Positions 1 through 11,069 of a stretch of 64,000 bases of DNA are shown here, piece after piece. Position 1 is the stretch's first letter, and each line of letters starts with the position of its first letter. Below the pieces are notes generated by a model. It ran no database searches. It was given only the letters and a program-made list of their open reading frames with translations, and had not been told where the DNA came from. The stretch lies in NCBI GenBank assembly GCA_965202585.1, contig OZ241826.1, positions 114,948,001 through 115,012,000 on the forward strand. The letters are read 5' to 3'. Made by a program: the position numbers and the translations under genes. This DNA comes from Thalia democratica (lineage: Eukaryota).

Positions 1-705
1 AAATGCAAAATTAAAATGCAAAAAGAGACTTTTTTGTTAGAAGAATATCTTTTCCTACACTTTAAACAGTCTTTTTCAAATCTTAAGTAAATAATAAACC
101 ATACTATTGAACCAAAAAATAAAGTTGTCTTTATTTAATTTGAAAAGACATTTTCAGATGTGCTTCTCTATTTTTGGGTCATATTTTTTCTCAATCTTTA
201 CAATAATATTTTTTCAATAACAAAAATATCTCCTGAATACTTAAGTCTGAAAAATGATGGGTAAAATTTTTTTTTTGATTTTTTGGATTTCTGATCAGTT
301 TTACTCTAAAAATATTCCAGTAAATTGGATTAATTGGTAACATTTAAATAAAATGACTGTATCTAAAGCGTTTTAAATTTTTTTATAATTGAATTAATTA
401 TTCATAGTTCACCTATATAATTTACATAAAAGTCATTTAACATTGAAAAATATCACTAACCCCTAATATGCTCTTCGTATTTATTTATTTTAATATTTTT
501 AATATGGTTTACAGTTTTCAGATTTTTAAAAAACTTTTTAATAACCCTTAATATTAATACTAAGTCTTTTCTTTTAATTTTTTAATCCTTTCTAAGCATA
601 AAAGTTACGCTTTAACTAACAAATTAAGTCTATACAAAATTAAAATTAATAAATATTATTAAAACTAAATATAACAAATCTAAAATATTTTTTAAATTTT
701 CATAC

Positions 706-900
706 CTGTACTATCAAAAGTGTTGTAAGTTCGTACAATTTTATCATCAATTGTTTTGTGAAAAACTTCATGCATTTGTTTTTAAAACAATCAACTACTG
801 AATTTCTACAAGTTGCACCAACACTTGCTAATTTTTCATGGTTATTATTAATTATTATTCTTTTAACATCAGTGTGGTCCATATTACTTTCACCTGACAT
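706..900 (-). pseudogene. Gene A: exon 1 of a BACK-Kelch paralogue with a 1-nt deletion; intron runs to the left edge and exon 2 is outside the window
   Basis: ORF 700-900 is nearly identical to exon 1 of C, D and E (MSGESNMD..CRNSVVDCFKNKCMKF.TKQL). The donor ACAG|GTATGA (G705-T704) matches the paralogue donors. The exon is 195 nt versus 196 nt in C/D/E, with one base missing near 748 (TTGATGAT vs TTAGATGAT). Bases 1-700 align with the gene C intron at ~26540-27230. Confidence 0.8.
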
Positions 901-3085
901 AACTTGATGATACTTTGTTTAATCTTGTTATAAAAAATCTGATCATATTAGTTTGAATATGTTTAGCTATTTCAATAGTAATTTACCTATTGATTAGGAA
1001 GAATATTTAACTTATAGATTATTATGAAGAAACTTCGATGACTTACTAGTTTTTAACTATAAAAATTACAGTTTTAAATTTAAAAAAAATCTAGTTATCT
1101 CAAAATTATATTTATAATTTAAAAACTTAACTGAAATATTGCTTTTTTTATTTCAAAAAAAAAAAACAACTATAAATTCAGAGTTTTTAGCACTTGAAAA
1201 ATTAGGATGTAAGAACACTTTAAAGATTTAATTTTTTATAAAACCACATTAATTGAAAATACTTTGATAATAAACATGAATAAAACTGTGAACTTGTTAT
1301 GTGTAATTTTTTTTAATACTTTTAAAGTACTAAATTAAACAATAGAATTAACAAAATAATAATATTAATTTAATTTGGCTTATACTTTTCTTTTGTAATT
1401 CACAGATACCTAACACTACAAATAATGGACATCATTATAAGTACTACAATATTGTTTAAATAAAAACGACTAATATGTTTAAAGGAGTTAATGCAGGGAG
1501 TGATATATGATTAAAAATTAAGAATTAAAACTTATATTTATAAAATAGTAGTACAGTAATAAAGATGCACATAATAAAACAAAAATAAAATTAAGAAAAA
1601 CACTTGAAATAATTAAAATTATATATAATAAAGTTAGCCAACTGTGTTTTGATAAAAAGAACAAATGAGCCTGAATCAGACTAAGTAGAGTTTGTAAAAC
1701 TATTTGAATATTTGTTACATTAAACGTATCACTAAATTTCACAAGAAGTAAAAAGAACCAAATAGCTTTAGTTTGTTTTTTTAAACTTTATAAAGAATGT
1801 TTTACATAGTTATAATAACCCTAAACTTATGTCTAAAATACTGGCCTGAGATTAAAACTAGATTGAGTTCATTTTAGAAAACCTAAATAGTTCCGAGTCA
1901 TGCGTAGATTTTTTTTATTTATCTAACTTTGGTATTTATTTATTTAGTTATCCTGAATGTTTGAATACTCTTTGCAAACTGATATGAATTTTTATTATAA
2001 AAATAACATCTTGTGTCAGCCATAAATATATACAAAAATCCTTAGTTATTTTGAGTGTGTGACAACTTATATCTTAATTTATATATATATAAATTTAAGT
2101 TTTATAATTTCCGGATACATGACAATATATTTTATTCTAATAACTTTTTAAAATAATTCATTGTTCTTACTAAAAAACATTTAAAGCTTAATGAGTGCCA
2201 ATAAAGTTAGTTTTCTTAAGTTTATCCTTATAATCTAGATTGAATAAAATTTAAAATGAATTAAAAAGGTAGTCAACACAAATGCATTAAACACTTCTTT
2301 TTAACTTTAACAAACATTTTTTTCTAATAATAAGGACTTAGTTCGTACGTGTTAATGCTACATCAACAACTAAGCTAAAATTTAATTGTCTTATAAAAAA
2401 CTTTATGAAGCACAGTTTCAATTTATTTGGCTACTTAAGTTTATCTGAAGATGATGCTATTAACTTATTATAGGTTTTCTTGTTTATAACTAGATTTAAT
2501 TAGAAAGGAGTTGGTTTTTTTTAAAAGCTTAAGATAAAAATTAAAATAATTACTTGTATTTACAAAGTATAGAAATTAATAGAATTAATTTCTAGACAAA
2601 ATTCAATGAAAAATTGACATTGCTGACTATTATTTAGATTGTGTAAAAAAAATTTTAATAAGATTTCATTATTTGAATATAAGAAAATACAGCCTGACTT
2701 AAGGCCAGTTAGTCTGATTCACCTGATCTTAAAAAGAACTTTAAAAATATTATTAAGCAAAAAACTTGACATAAACTACTCTTAATCCAGCTTAAGAGAC
2801 TTAAGGTTTCTAAATATGAATAATAATCCATAAAATAGATAGTTTTAAATAACTTTAAACTTAAAGAAAGGTCAGCTAGCCTGAATTATGGTTTACGGCA
2901 ACAAAGCAACCCTGTTAGTTTTTTAATAATTAAGCAATAATAGTTTTTTAACACTTAAAAAGTAGTAGAAGTTTTTGAATAATGTGTAATTTAGTATAGA
3001 GCTGCTTTATAAAAAAGTTTTTTATTGTTTTAGTCACTTAAGGTTTTTTCTTTTTACTTGAAACTTTATACATCATTCAGAAACG

Positions 3086-3225
3086 TTTTGCAAAAATTTT
3101 AAAACTTCTAAAAATAAAAAAAAAACAAAGGATAGATATAAGCATATTTATAACATTTGCAAAAATTTTAAACCTTTTAAAAATTAAAAACAAAGGATAG
3201 ATATAAGCATTTTTATAACATTTTC
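3086..3225. repeat. ~70-bp tandem duplication
   Basis: TTTGCAAAAATTTTAAA...AACAAAGGATAGATATAAGCAT.TTTATAACATTT occurs twice. Confidence 0.85.
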
Positions 3226-4438
3226 AAAACGTTGGCCCACCCAACACATCTATATTCTTATTTTTTTACAAAACTAAACATATTCTTTGCAAGATGAGAG
3301 AGCTTCAATAGTTTTAAAAGTTAAGTAAAATTTTTGTATTTTACAATAAGTTACTTAACTTCACTTTTATAAAAGAGTTTACATACTCATTATTAAGATG
3401 TTGTAAAGGAGCTTAAATTAGTTTTTTGACACCTTTATCTTTCTAATGGCATATACTGGGTTGAGTAGTTTTTTTTTTAATTTCCAATCGAATAACTGAA
3501 GAGTTCTTGAATGTTATGACACTTAAATGATTTATTTTGAATACGTATCTACGATTCAAAAACTCGAAGGTTTTTAGTAGATGAGGTCCTTAGATCAAAT
3601 TTTTGGAGATTTTTAAAAATTTTTAATAATCAATATGATAAAAAAATCTTAGTTTCGAAATTAAATTGCACATTGATGACAAAAACTGCAACAAACTGAC
3701 GAACAAGAACTGTGACTAACATAATTTTTAATTTCTAACTCCATACTTAAGTAACAATTGTTTATAAATATTTTTACAGGTTTTTTGAAACATATATTTT
3801 TCTTTTTTCATAAAAATTTAACGTAAAGAAAAAATATGTTTTATATTTATATAATGAATTAAATGGTGTTCTGAATGTGTTTCTAGTTAAATTTATATCA
3901 GAATTTTTTTTTCATTATTATTGATTCAAAGTCGCTAAGTATAGTCAAATATATAAGAGTAAAACATATGGGATTTTAGGATTTACATAATTTAAAAATT
4001 AATTATTTTCTTATTTTACCTTTTTCAAAAACTAATTAACTTGATATTCTAGTTTGAATTTTCAATTCAGTAGTTTTCAATTTAATTATGCACCTTAAAA
4101 AACTAAAATGACTTTTGATTTGATTATTTTTACCAATAACTAAAGTATCATGGATTGACTTTTAATTTAATTTTTGCTTTAATGTAAGAACATATTGATT
4201 TACAGGCAAGGGTCAAATGATTGGATTGTTGAATTTATGTTGCTTACTTTGAACTTCCAGATTGATAGTTTATACATTTGTGGTATTAAGTGCTGAGATT
4301 TTACCTTTTGACTAGCCCCAAACAACATGTTACCAAGGGATTTTTTTTCGTTTTAATAGTAGAAGTTGAATCTAATTACTTGAACAAGAATTAAAAAAAT
4401 TTGAACTAAACATGAATGAACCTTCTGAAAAAAATCAT

Positions 4439-4769
4439 CAGGGTAGCCACTGGTTTTTAAGAAATTTCTTTCAGGTTTTTAAAAAAACTCGTCTTTTGAT
4501 TATTTCTAGTTTAAAATGAAGTTTAAAGTTAAAAGCTCTGTGAAGCAGTATTCAAAATTATAAAAAGACTGGAAAGCTACTTTGAATTGGTATGACAATT
4601 TCTTAATATTTTTGATAGAATTGTGTTTCAAAAAATTTTAGTTTTTAACATGACTGTTTAAAATTCAAGGACTTTTATGATTTTTGTTATAATTTCTATA
4701 TTTTTAGGGTTAGATCAAAATTTCTTAAAGTCAAGATTTTTCTATTTTCCAAGTTTTATGGCCACCCTG
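4439..4769. mobile_element. ~330-bp MITE with CAGGGTGGCCA-type TIRs
   Basis: CAGGGTAGCCA...TGGCCACCCTG. A tandem sister copy lies at 5107-5442 and homologues occur in the C, D and E modules. Confidence 0.7.
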
Positions 4770-5106
4770 ATTTATCTACCTGTAAATGAAAAAATATAAT
4801 GAATTAATTTTGATAGCATTAATGTCACAACATATTGATTAACTTAATTAAGGGCCAGAAGAGGATCACATGTTTGGATTGTTGAGTGTACTTTTAATGC
4901 TTTCTTTGAATTTCGAGCTTAATAGTTCTACTAGTGTTTTTCTATACGTTTGTGTTTTTGGACTTTGAAATTTACTTTTGAGTATTCGCCAAACAACATG
5001 TTACCTGGGGATATTTTTCAATTAGAATATAGAAGTTGTTTTTCAATACTTTGATGTGAATTGAAAGTTAAAACAAAACAAGAATAAACTCCCTTAAAAA
5101 TTTGAT

Positions 5107-5442
5107 CAGGGTGGCCACTGTTTTTAAAAATACTCGTTTTATGGTTTATTTTTAGTTAAAAATTAAAAATTGTGTTAAGTAGTTTTCAATTAAAATAAGG
5201 AACAGTTAAGCTACTTATAATGTGTTTTTAAATATAAGAAATTGATAATGACATGAAATCTTATTTTATATCATAGTTTTTTGTGTCAAACCAAAATCTA
5301 AGTACTTAACATGTAAAAATTGTTTAAAACTCCAGATTTTTAATGATTTTTTGTTAGAATTCCGTACTATTCAAATTTTGTTACAAATAATTCTCTAATT
5401 TCAGGTTTTGTTTAAAGTTTTCCATGTTTTGTAGACATCCTG
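5107..5442. mobile_element. Second ~335-bp CAGGGTGGCCA MITE; the un-nested form of the host element
   Basis: CAGGGTGGCCAC...GTAGACATCCTG. In E the homologue (54693-55408) is flanked by ATAAGT/ATAAAT. Confidence 0.7.
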
Positions 5443-7990
5443 ACTTATCCTTCTTGATTGAAGATTGAGACTTATGTTTTTCAAACATTATGAAATAAAA
5501 ACATTAATTTTTAAAAATTATGATCTTTTTAATCAAAATATGCTCAAGTATTTAATCTTCAGTAATTTAACATAATTGTATAACTATATTTTTATAAAAA
5601 AAACATCAGTTTTATATTAACCCTTTGTAACAGTGTTCTTTTACTATGCAACATTAGCTGAATACAGTCAAAGTAAATAAGTTTTATATAAATAAATGAT
5701 TAAAAGTTCTTTTTTTTGTTGTAAATACTTATTATTATAAACAGGGATTCTACTGTTTTAGTGAAATATACTGTTCTGAAAGCCATTTAATTGATTGAGT
5801 CATCCTGAAATTTTTGAAATCCTAAAAAAGAATCAAAAACTATTTCTTCAATAAAATTAGAAAAAAAATAAATTCTAATGATTCAACTAAATCTTATTTA
5901 AAGTCTGAAAAATTGCCTATTATTTTTAAAATATTAAAAAAAATTCTCAGTTTTTCAATAATAAAATACCTTGCTTGAGTTAACATGAGTTTGAAAATTA
6001 AATTAAAATTATTCTGAGTTATACTGAGTCATCCTGATATTTTCAAAAAATAAAAAAAACTGTTCGAGTAATCCGGAGTATCATGAGTGTGTGGCAACCC
6101 TGTATAAATAATTTTTTCACATTAACACTAATACTGATAATTTGTGACACTAGGTGTTTATATACTAATTTAGTTCTAATCAATATTGTGTGACCTGATG
6201 TTAAATGGGTCCCAATAAGTTCTTTGAAAAATCTCTAAATGAACAGTATTCAAAGATACAAACCCAGTGGTTGGCAAACACAGAAAAAAAATTGTTTTTT
6301 ATACTGTTACAAAATTTCTGCTACAGAAAAAAAATATAAAATTTAAACCAAAATTAACTTAAAATATATTTTCTTATAAATTAGAAATGACATGCTCCAT
6401 TAAATTGGGGCATATTTTTTCCCACTTATGATTATATAAATATAGTATTGATAAAAACTTTATATTTTTAAAAACTATTAAAAATATAAAATGGTTGTCA
6501 TTTGAATATATTATCTTTATTTAAACTATAAGTTCTTAAAATATGAGAAAAACTTTATATAATAATATAAGAGAGTGGCAAACTTTTAGTTTAAACTTTA
6601 TATTTAATAATATTATTAAAATTAACTAATCCCTTTTTTTTTGTTTAAAACTCAAAGATTTTGATGATTTTTCTTCAAAATTCCATCTTATTAAAAAAAA
6701 TTTTCCAAAATTTTCAAATTACAGGTTTTTTAACTAGCTCCAGTTTTTTTTTTAAGTTTTCCATGTTTTGTGGACACCCTCACTTAACCTTGTAGATTGA
6801 AGATTGAGACTGATGTTTTTCAAACATTATAAAATAAAAAATTACATTTCAAAACATATTATATTTACTTATAATAAACACTTTCTAAAGTATTTAATCT
6901 TCAGTAATTTAACATAATTGCATAATTATTGTTTTCTATAAAATACATCAGACTCATAGTTTACTCTTTTTTACAGTGTTTTATTACTATGCAAGTTAGC
7001 TTAAAACACTCAAAGTAAATGAACTTTATATAAATAAATTAATAAAAGGTCTTTTTTGTTGTAAATACTTATTAATATAAACAGAGATTCTACTGCTTTA
7101 GTCAAAAAACTGTCCTGAGTGACCATTTATTTGCTTGATTCATCCTAAAATGTTTGAAAACATAAGAAAAAACTAAAAAATTTAATAATTCACTAGAAAA
7201 CTACTTATAAAAAAAATGCCTATAAAATAATAAAAAATATTTCAATTAATTCAACTGAATATCATTTTAATTCTAAAAAAATGGCCTAGAATTTTCAAAA
7301 TCTTAATATAATTCTCAGTTTTCTAAAGAAAAGCATAACTATCTAGAACAGCTTGACTTTAAATTCAAATTTAAATTATCCTGAGTCATCATGATATTTA
7401 CAAAAATTTAAAAATAGTTTGAGTAATACGGAATATCCTGAATTCGTGGAAACCATGTACAAATGTTTCTTCACATTAATACTAATACTGATAATTAGTG
7501 TCACTAGGTATTTATATACTAATTCTGTTTTACTAAAATTTACTTATGTTAAGTGGGTCCTAATTAGGGCTTTGAAAACTCTATAAAGTGCACAATATTC
7601 CAGGATTCAATCAAAGTGGTTGACACATTTACAAAGGAAAACAACTTGTTACAGTGGTTTCTGTTAGAATTCCAGATAAAAAGATTATTAAGAGTTTTTT
7701 TTTAATTCAAAAATAACTAAACAATTTTTTTTTCAAAAATGACATGCTCTAATAAGTTGTGGCAAATTGTTTAACATTTATGATTACATAATTTCAATAC
7801 TGATGAATAACTTGGAATTTTTTAAACTAATATAAATATCAAAAATTTATATTTTTATACCTGTTTCTTATATTCAAACTTCTACTTTTAGGAGCTTTTC
7901 AAATGTCAAAAAACATTTTAAACAAATACAAGAAATAAGAAAACTTGTAGTAAAAACTTTATATTTACTACTCCTATTTAAAATAACTAA
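5330..7990. repeat. ~1.35-kb tandem duplication in the gene A module
   Basis: TTTTCCATGTTTTGT.GACA at 5420 and 6760; ATGACATGCTC at 6388 and 7739. Confidence 0.85.
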
Positions 7991-8084
7991 TACAGTTTTT
8001 GTTTTAGTAAACAATATGTAATTTTTACTTTGTTTAACACAGGTTGCAGCATTTAGTGTAGTATTCGCCAAGTATTCGATGTGA

Positions 8085-8525
8085 TTTTGTTTCGGAGAAC
8101 TCTCATATAAAGAGTCAAAGTTGGTCTTTAAAAATGGTATGGGCGTCTTTCCTAAGGTATGTAGTTTTGCAATTCAGTCTTTGGTTTTTAATTTTCGACG
8201 TATTTTGTTCAAAAATGACGTCACAAAAAAAAAAAAATTCGTCATAAAAAATAATTTCGGAGAATTCTCATATAAAGAGTCAAAGTTGGTCTTTAAAAGA
8301 GATATTGGCGTCTTTCCTAAGGTCTGTAGTTTTGCAATTCAGTCTTTGATTTTTAATTTTCGACGTATTTTGTTCAAAAATGACGTCACAAAAAAAAAGT
8401 CATTTTTCGTCATAAAAAAATAGTTTCGGAGAATTCCTATATAAAGAGTCAAAGTTGGTCTTTAAAAATGGTATTGGCGTCTTTCCCAAGTTTTGTAGTT
8501 TTGTAATTCAGTTCTTGGTTTAAAA
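8085..8525 (+). repeat. Tandem array of ~165-169-bp units (~2.6 copies)
   Basis: TTCGGAGAA recurs at 8091, 8256 and 8425 with near-identical intervening sequence. Confidence 0.95.
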
Positions 8526-9149
8526 CATGAAAAAAAATATGATAATCAAAAATTTGTTTATAAAACAATTTGATTACTGAGAGTTTTAATACAAATTACA
8601 CCACAATTTTTCTAGCTTGTTTTACAAACTATAATTATCTTTTCACACGGCTATCATATCAGTTAATAGCTATTTACAAAAACCAAGTAACTTGTTTTAG
8701 TTAACTTTAATCTGAATTGATTAAATTAATCAGTTACTCTATTAACTATACTTTTATTTTTAAAATTAATTTTTAATTTTATTACTTTTTGTACTAGTGT
8801 CTTAAAAACTATGTTAACTTTGACAAATACATATTTTATTAACTTGTTTTTATAACTAGTTTTATGTTTTTTTTATGTGCCGTTTCTACTTTTTTTTGAA
8901 AATTTTTGTAATTAAACTTTATTTTATTGAATGGAGTAAATTAATATTGTTAAAAATAATATAAAAAATTAACACTTTAACAATCTTTTTGGAAATTGTT
9001 ATTTAACCATTAAAAATTATTTAATGTAAAAAACTTTATAAGTCATTTTATATTAGATTGGCTTAAAAATTATATTTATAATCAATTTAGGTTGAACAAA
9101 CTAATTTAAAACTTGAGTATTAGTTTGAAAAACTATAAAGCTAAAAGCG

Positions 9150-10428
9150 AAAGGAAATACTTTTTTTAAGAAATAAATTAAATTTTTTTAAACTTAAAAC
9201 GTCTTTAAAACAATCAAAAACTGATTTGCAAAATTAAAAAACTTAATAAAGACTCTTAATCTTTTCTTATCACTTAATATTCGTTATGAGGAAATACACA
9301 TTAGAAATAATTAAAAAAAAGATTATTCTTCTATGACTTAATTTTAATAGAATCGATAAACAAAAGTTAATTTTCAAAAATAGAAATCTTGAAGAAGGAG
9401 CCTATTCTATTGTGAATAATTAATTTAAATATTTCTAGGAGAAATCTTCAAAACAAGTTTTTAAAGCAAAAAATGATTTATTTTGTGACGTAATTTTTGA
9501 ATCGTTCTTAAAACAATCAGAAACTTATTTGCAAAACTAAAAATCTGGAGAAAGATTCTTAAGTTTTTTTATTACTTTATCTTCGTTATTAGGAAATACT
9601 TTTAAGAAATGAAAAACGATTACTTAAACATGAATTAATTTAAAAAAAATAGAAAGTCTAAAAAAAATTCAAAAATAAAATTTTTGAATAGATGCAAATG
9701 CCCCATTTTATTTTAAATTAACAATATTGCATATTTATAAGAGTATTCTCCGAAACAAGTTTTTTATGACGAAAAATGACTTTTTTTTTGTGACGTCATT
9801 TTTGAACAAAATACGTCAAAAACTAAAAATCAAAGACTGAATTGCAAAACTACAGACCTTAAGGAAGACGCCAATACCTCTTTTAAAGACCAACTTTAAG
9901 TTTTTATATGAGAATTCTCCGAAACTATTTTTTATGACGAAAAATGACTTGTTTTTTGTGACTTAATTTTTGATCAAAATACGTCAAAAATTGAAATCAA
10001 AGACTGAATTTAAAAACTACAGACCTTGGGGAAGACGCTAATATCATATTTAAAGACCATTTTTGACTTTTTATATGGGAACTCTCCGAAACTATTTTTT
10101 AACAACGAAAAATAATTTTATTTTCTGACGTCATTTTTGAACAAAATACGTCAAAAATTAAAAATCAAAGTCTGAATTGCAAAACTACAGACCTTAGGAA
10201 AGACGCCCATACCATTTTTAAATCCAACTTTGTCTTTTTATATGAGAATTCTCCAAAACTTTTTGATAATAGCAATTGTTTTATTTTTGTGACGTCATTT
10301 AAAAAAAATACGTCAAAAATTAAAAATCAAAGACTGAATTGCAAAACTACAAAACTTAAGGAAGACGCCAATACCTCTTTTCAAGACTAACTTTGACTGT
10401 TTATAGGAGAATTCACTGAAACAAAGTT
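9150..10428 (-). repeat. Inverted array of the same ~168-bp unit (4 good copies at 9745-10428 plus ~3 degenerate copies at 9150-9720)
   Basis: CTCC(G/A)AA occurs at 9748, 9917, 10084 and 10251, with a variant at ~10414. Units are reverse complements of those at 8085-8525. Confidence 0.93.
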
Positions 10429-11069
10429 TTTTAAGGATATAAGATATATAAAAAAAATACTACTATTGTGACATAATTTAAGGTAATTTTAAACTATGTC
10501 CGACAAATAATACACAGTTGATTTCAAAATGTTGTGATACTGGCGAATCTACATACAAAATATGAGTTTCCATTAAACATCATCACGATTTTTTTGACAT
10601 TTTATTTTTGTTTACATCATAACAAGTTACTGGAAATCTGATATTTTGAGTGGGTCCAACAAAATTAATTTTTTTTTTAGTTTTTTACTGCTGTTATTTA
10701 ATTGCTGTGGGTGTCATGCAAAATATGAATTTTTTTCTTAAAATATACATCAGTTTGTTACTGGTTCACTAAGCATCATTCGAGTACAAAATAAAAAGTT
10801 AAGTAGTTTTTTTTCAATGTTCAATTCAAACTAATTAAAAACAAAATGTAAGCTAATAAGTCAATTGAGCAACAAAATAAAAGAATGATAATTTTCGAAC
10901 TAACTAAAGCAAATATGTAAAAAAAAAAAGAAAAAGCTTCTAAAATAAAAAGTATATTAACTTTTAAATAAAATTAATACTTTTGTTTAAATTTTTAATT
11001 AAAAAAATTTTATGTATAATGTAAATGTTTTATTGTTTCAATAAATATTTTTCAGTTAAATAAGTATAA

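Larger units (their letters stand above)
4130..5450. repeat. ~670-bp diverged tandem duplication in the gene A module
   Basis: ACATATTGATT, CAACATGTTACC and TCAGGGT.GCCAC each occur twice ~650-670 bp apart. Confidence 0.75.
1..8040. repeat. Segmental duplicate: gene A intron, exon 1 and upstream module; direct paralogue of ~26540-31710
   Basis: Collinear near-identical blocks, e.g. 1-60 vs 26540-26600, 1840-1910 vs 28325-28395 and 7950-8040 vs 31610-31710. Homology resumes after the satellite block at ~10490-10660 vs 31935-32100. Confidence 0.9.

Noticed and set aside
1518-1742. Hydrophobic 74-aa ORF (related ORF at 58083-58277)
   Set aside because: Low-complexity AT-rich upstream module; frame and strand relative to the gene are not preserved across copies.
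8121-8423. 100-aa ORF with an internal repeat
   Set aside because: It is a translation of two satellite units; no protein motif and no ATG context.
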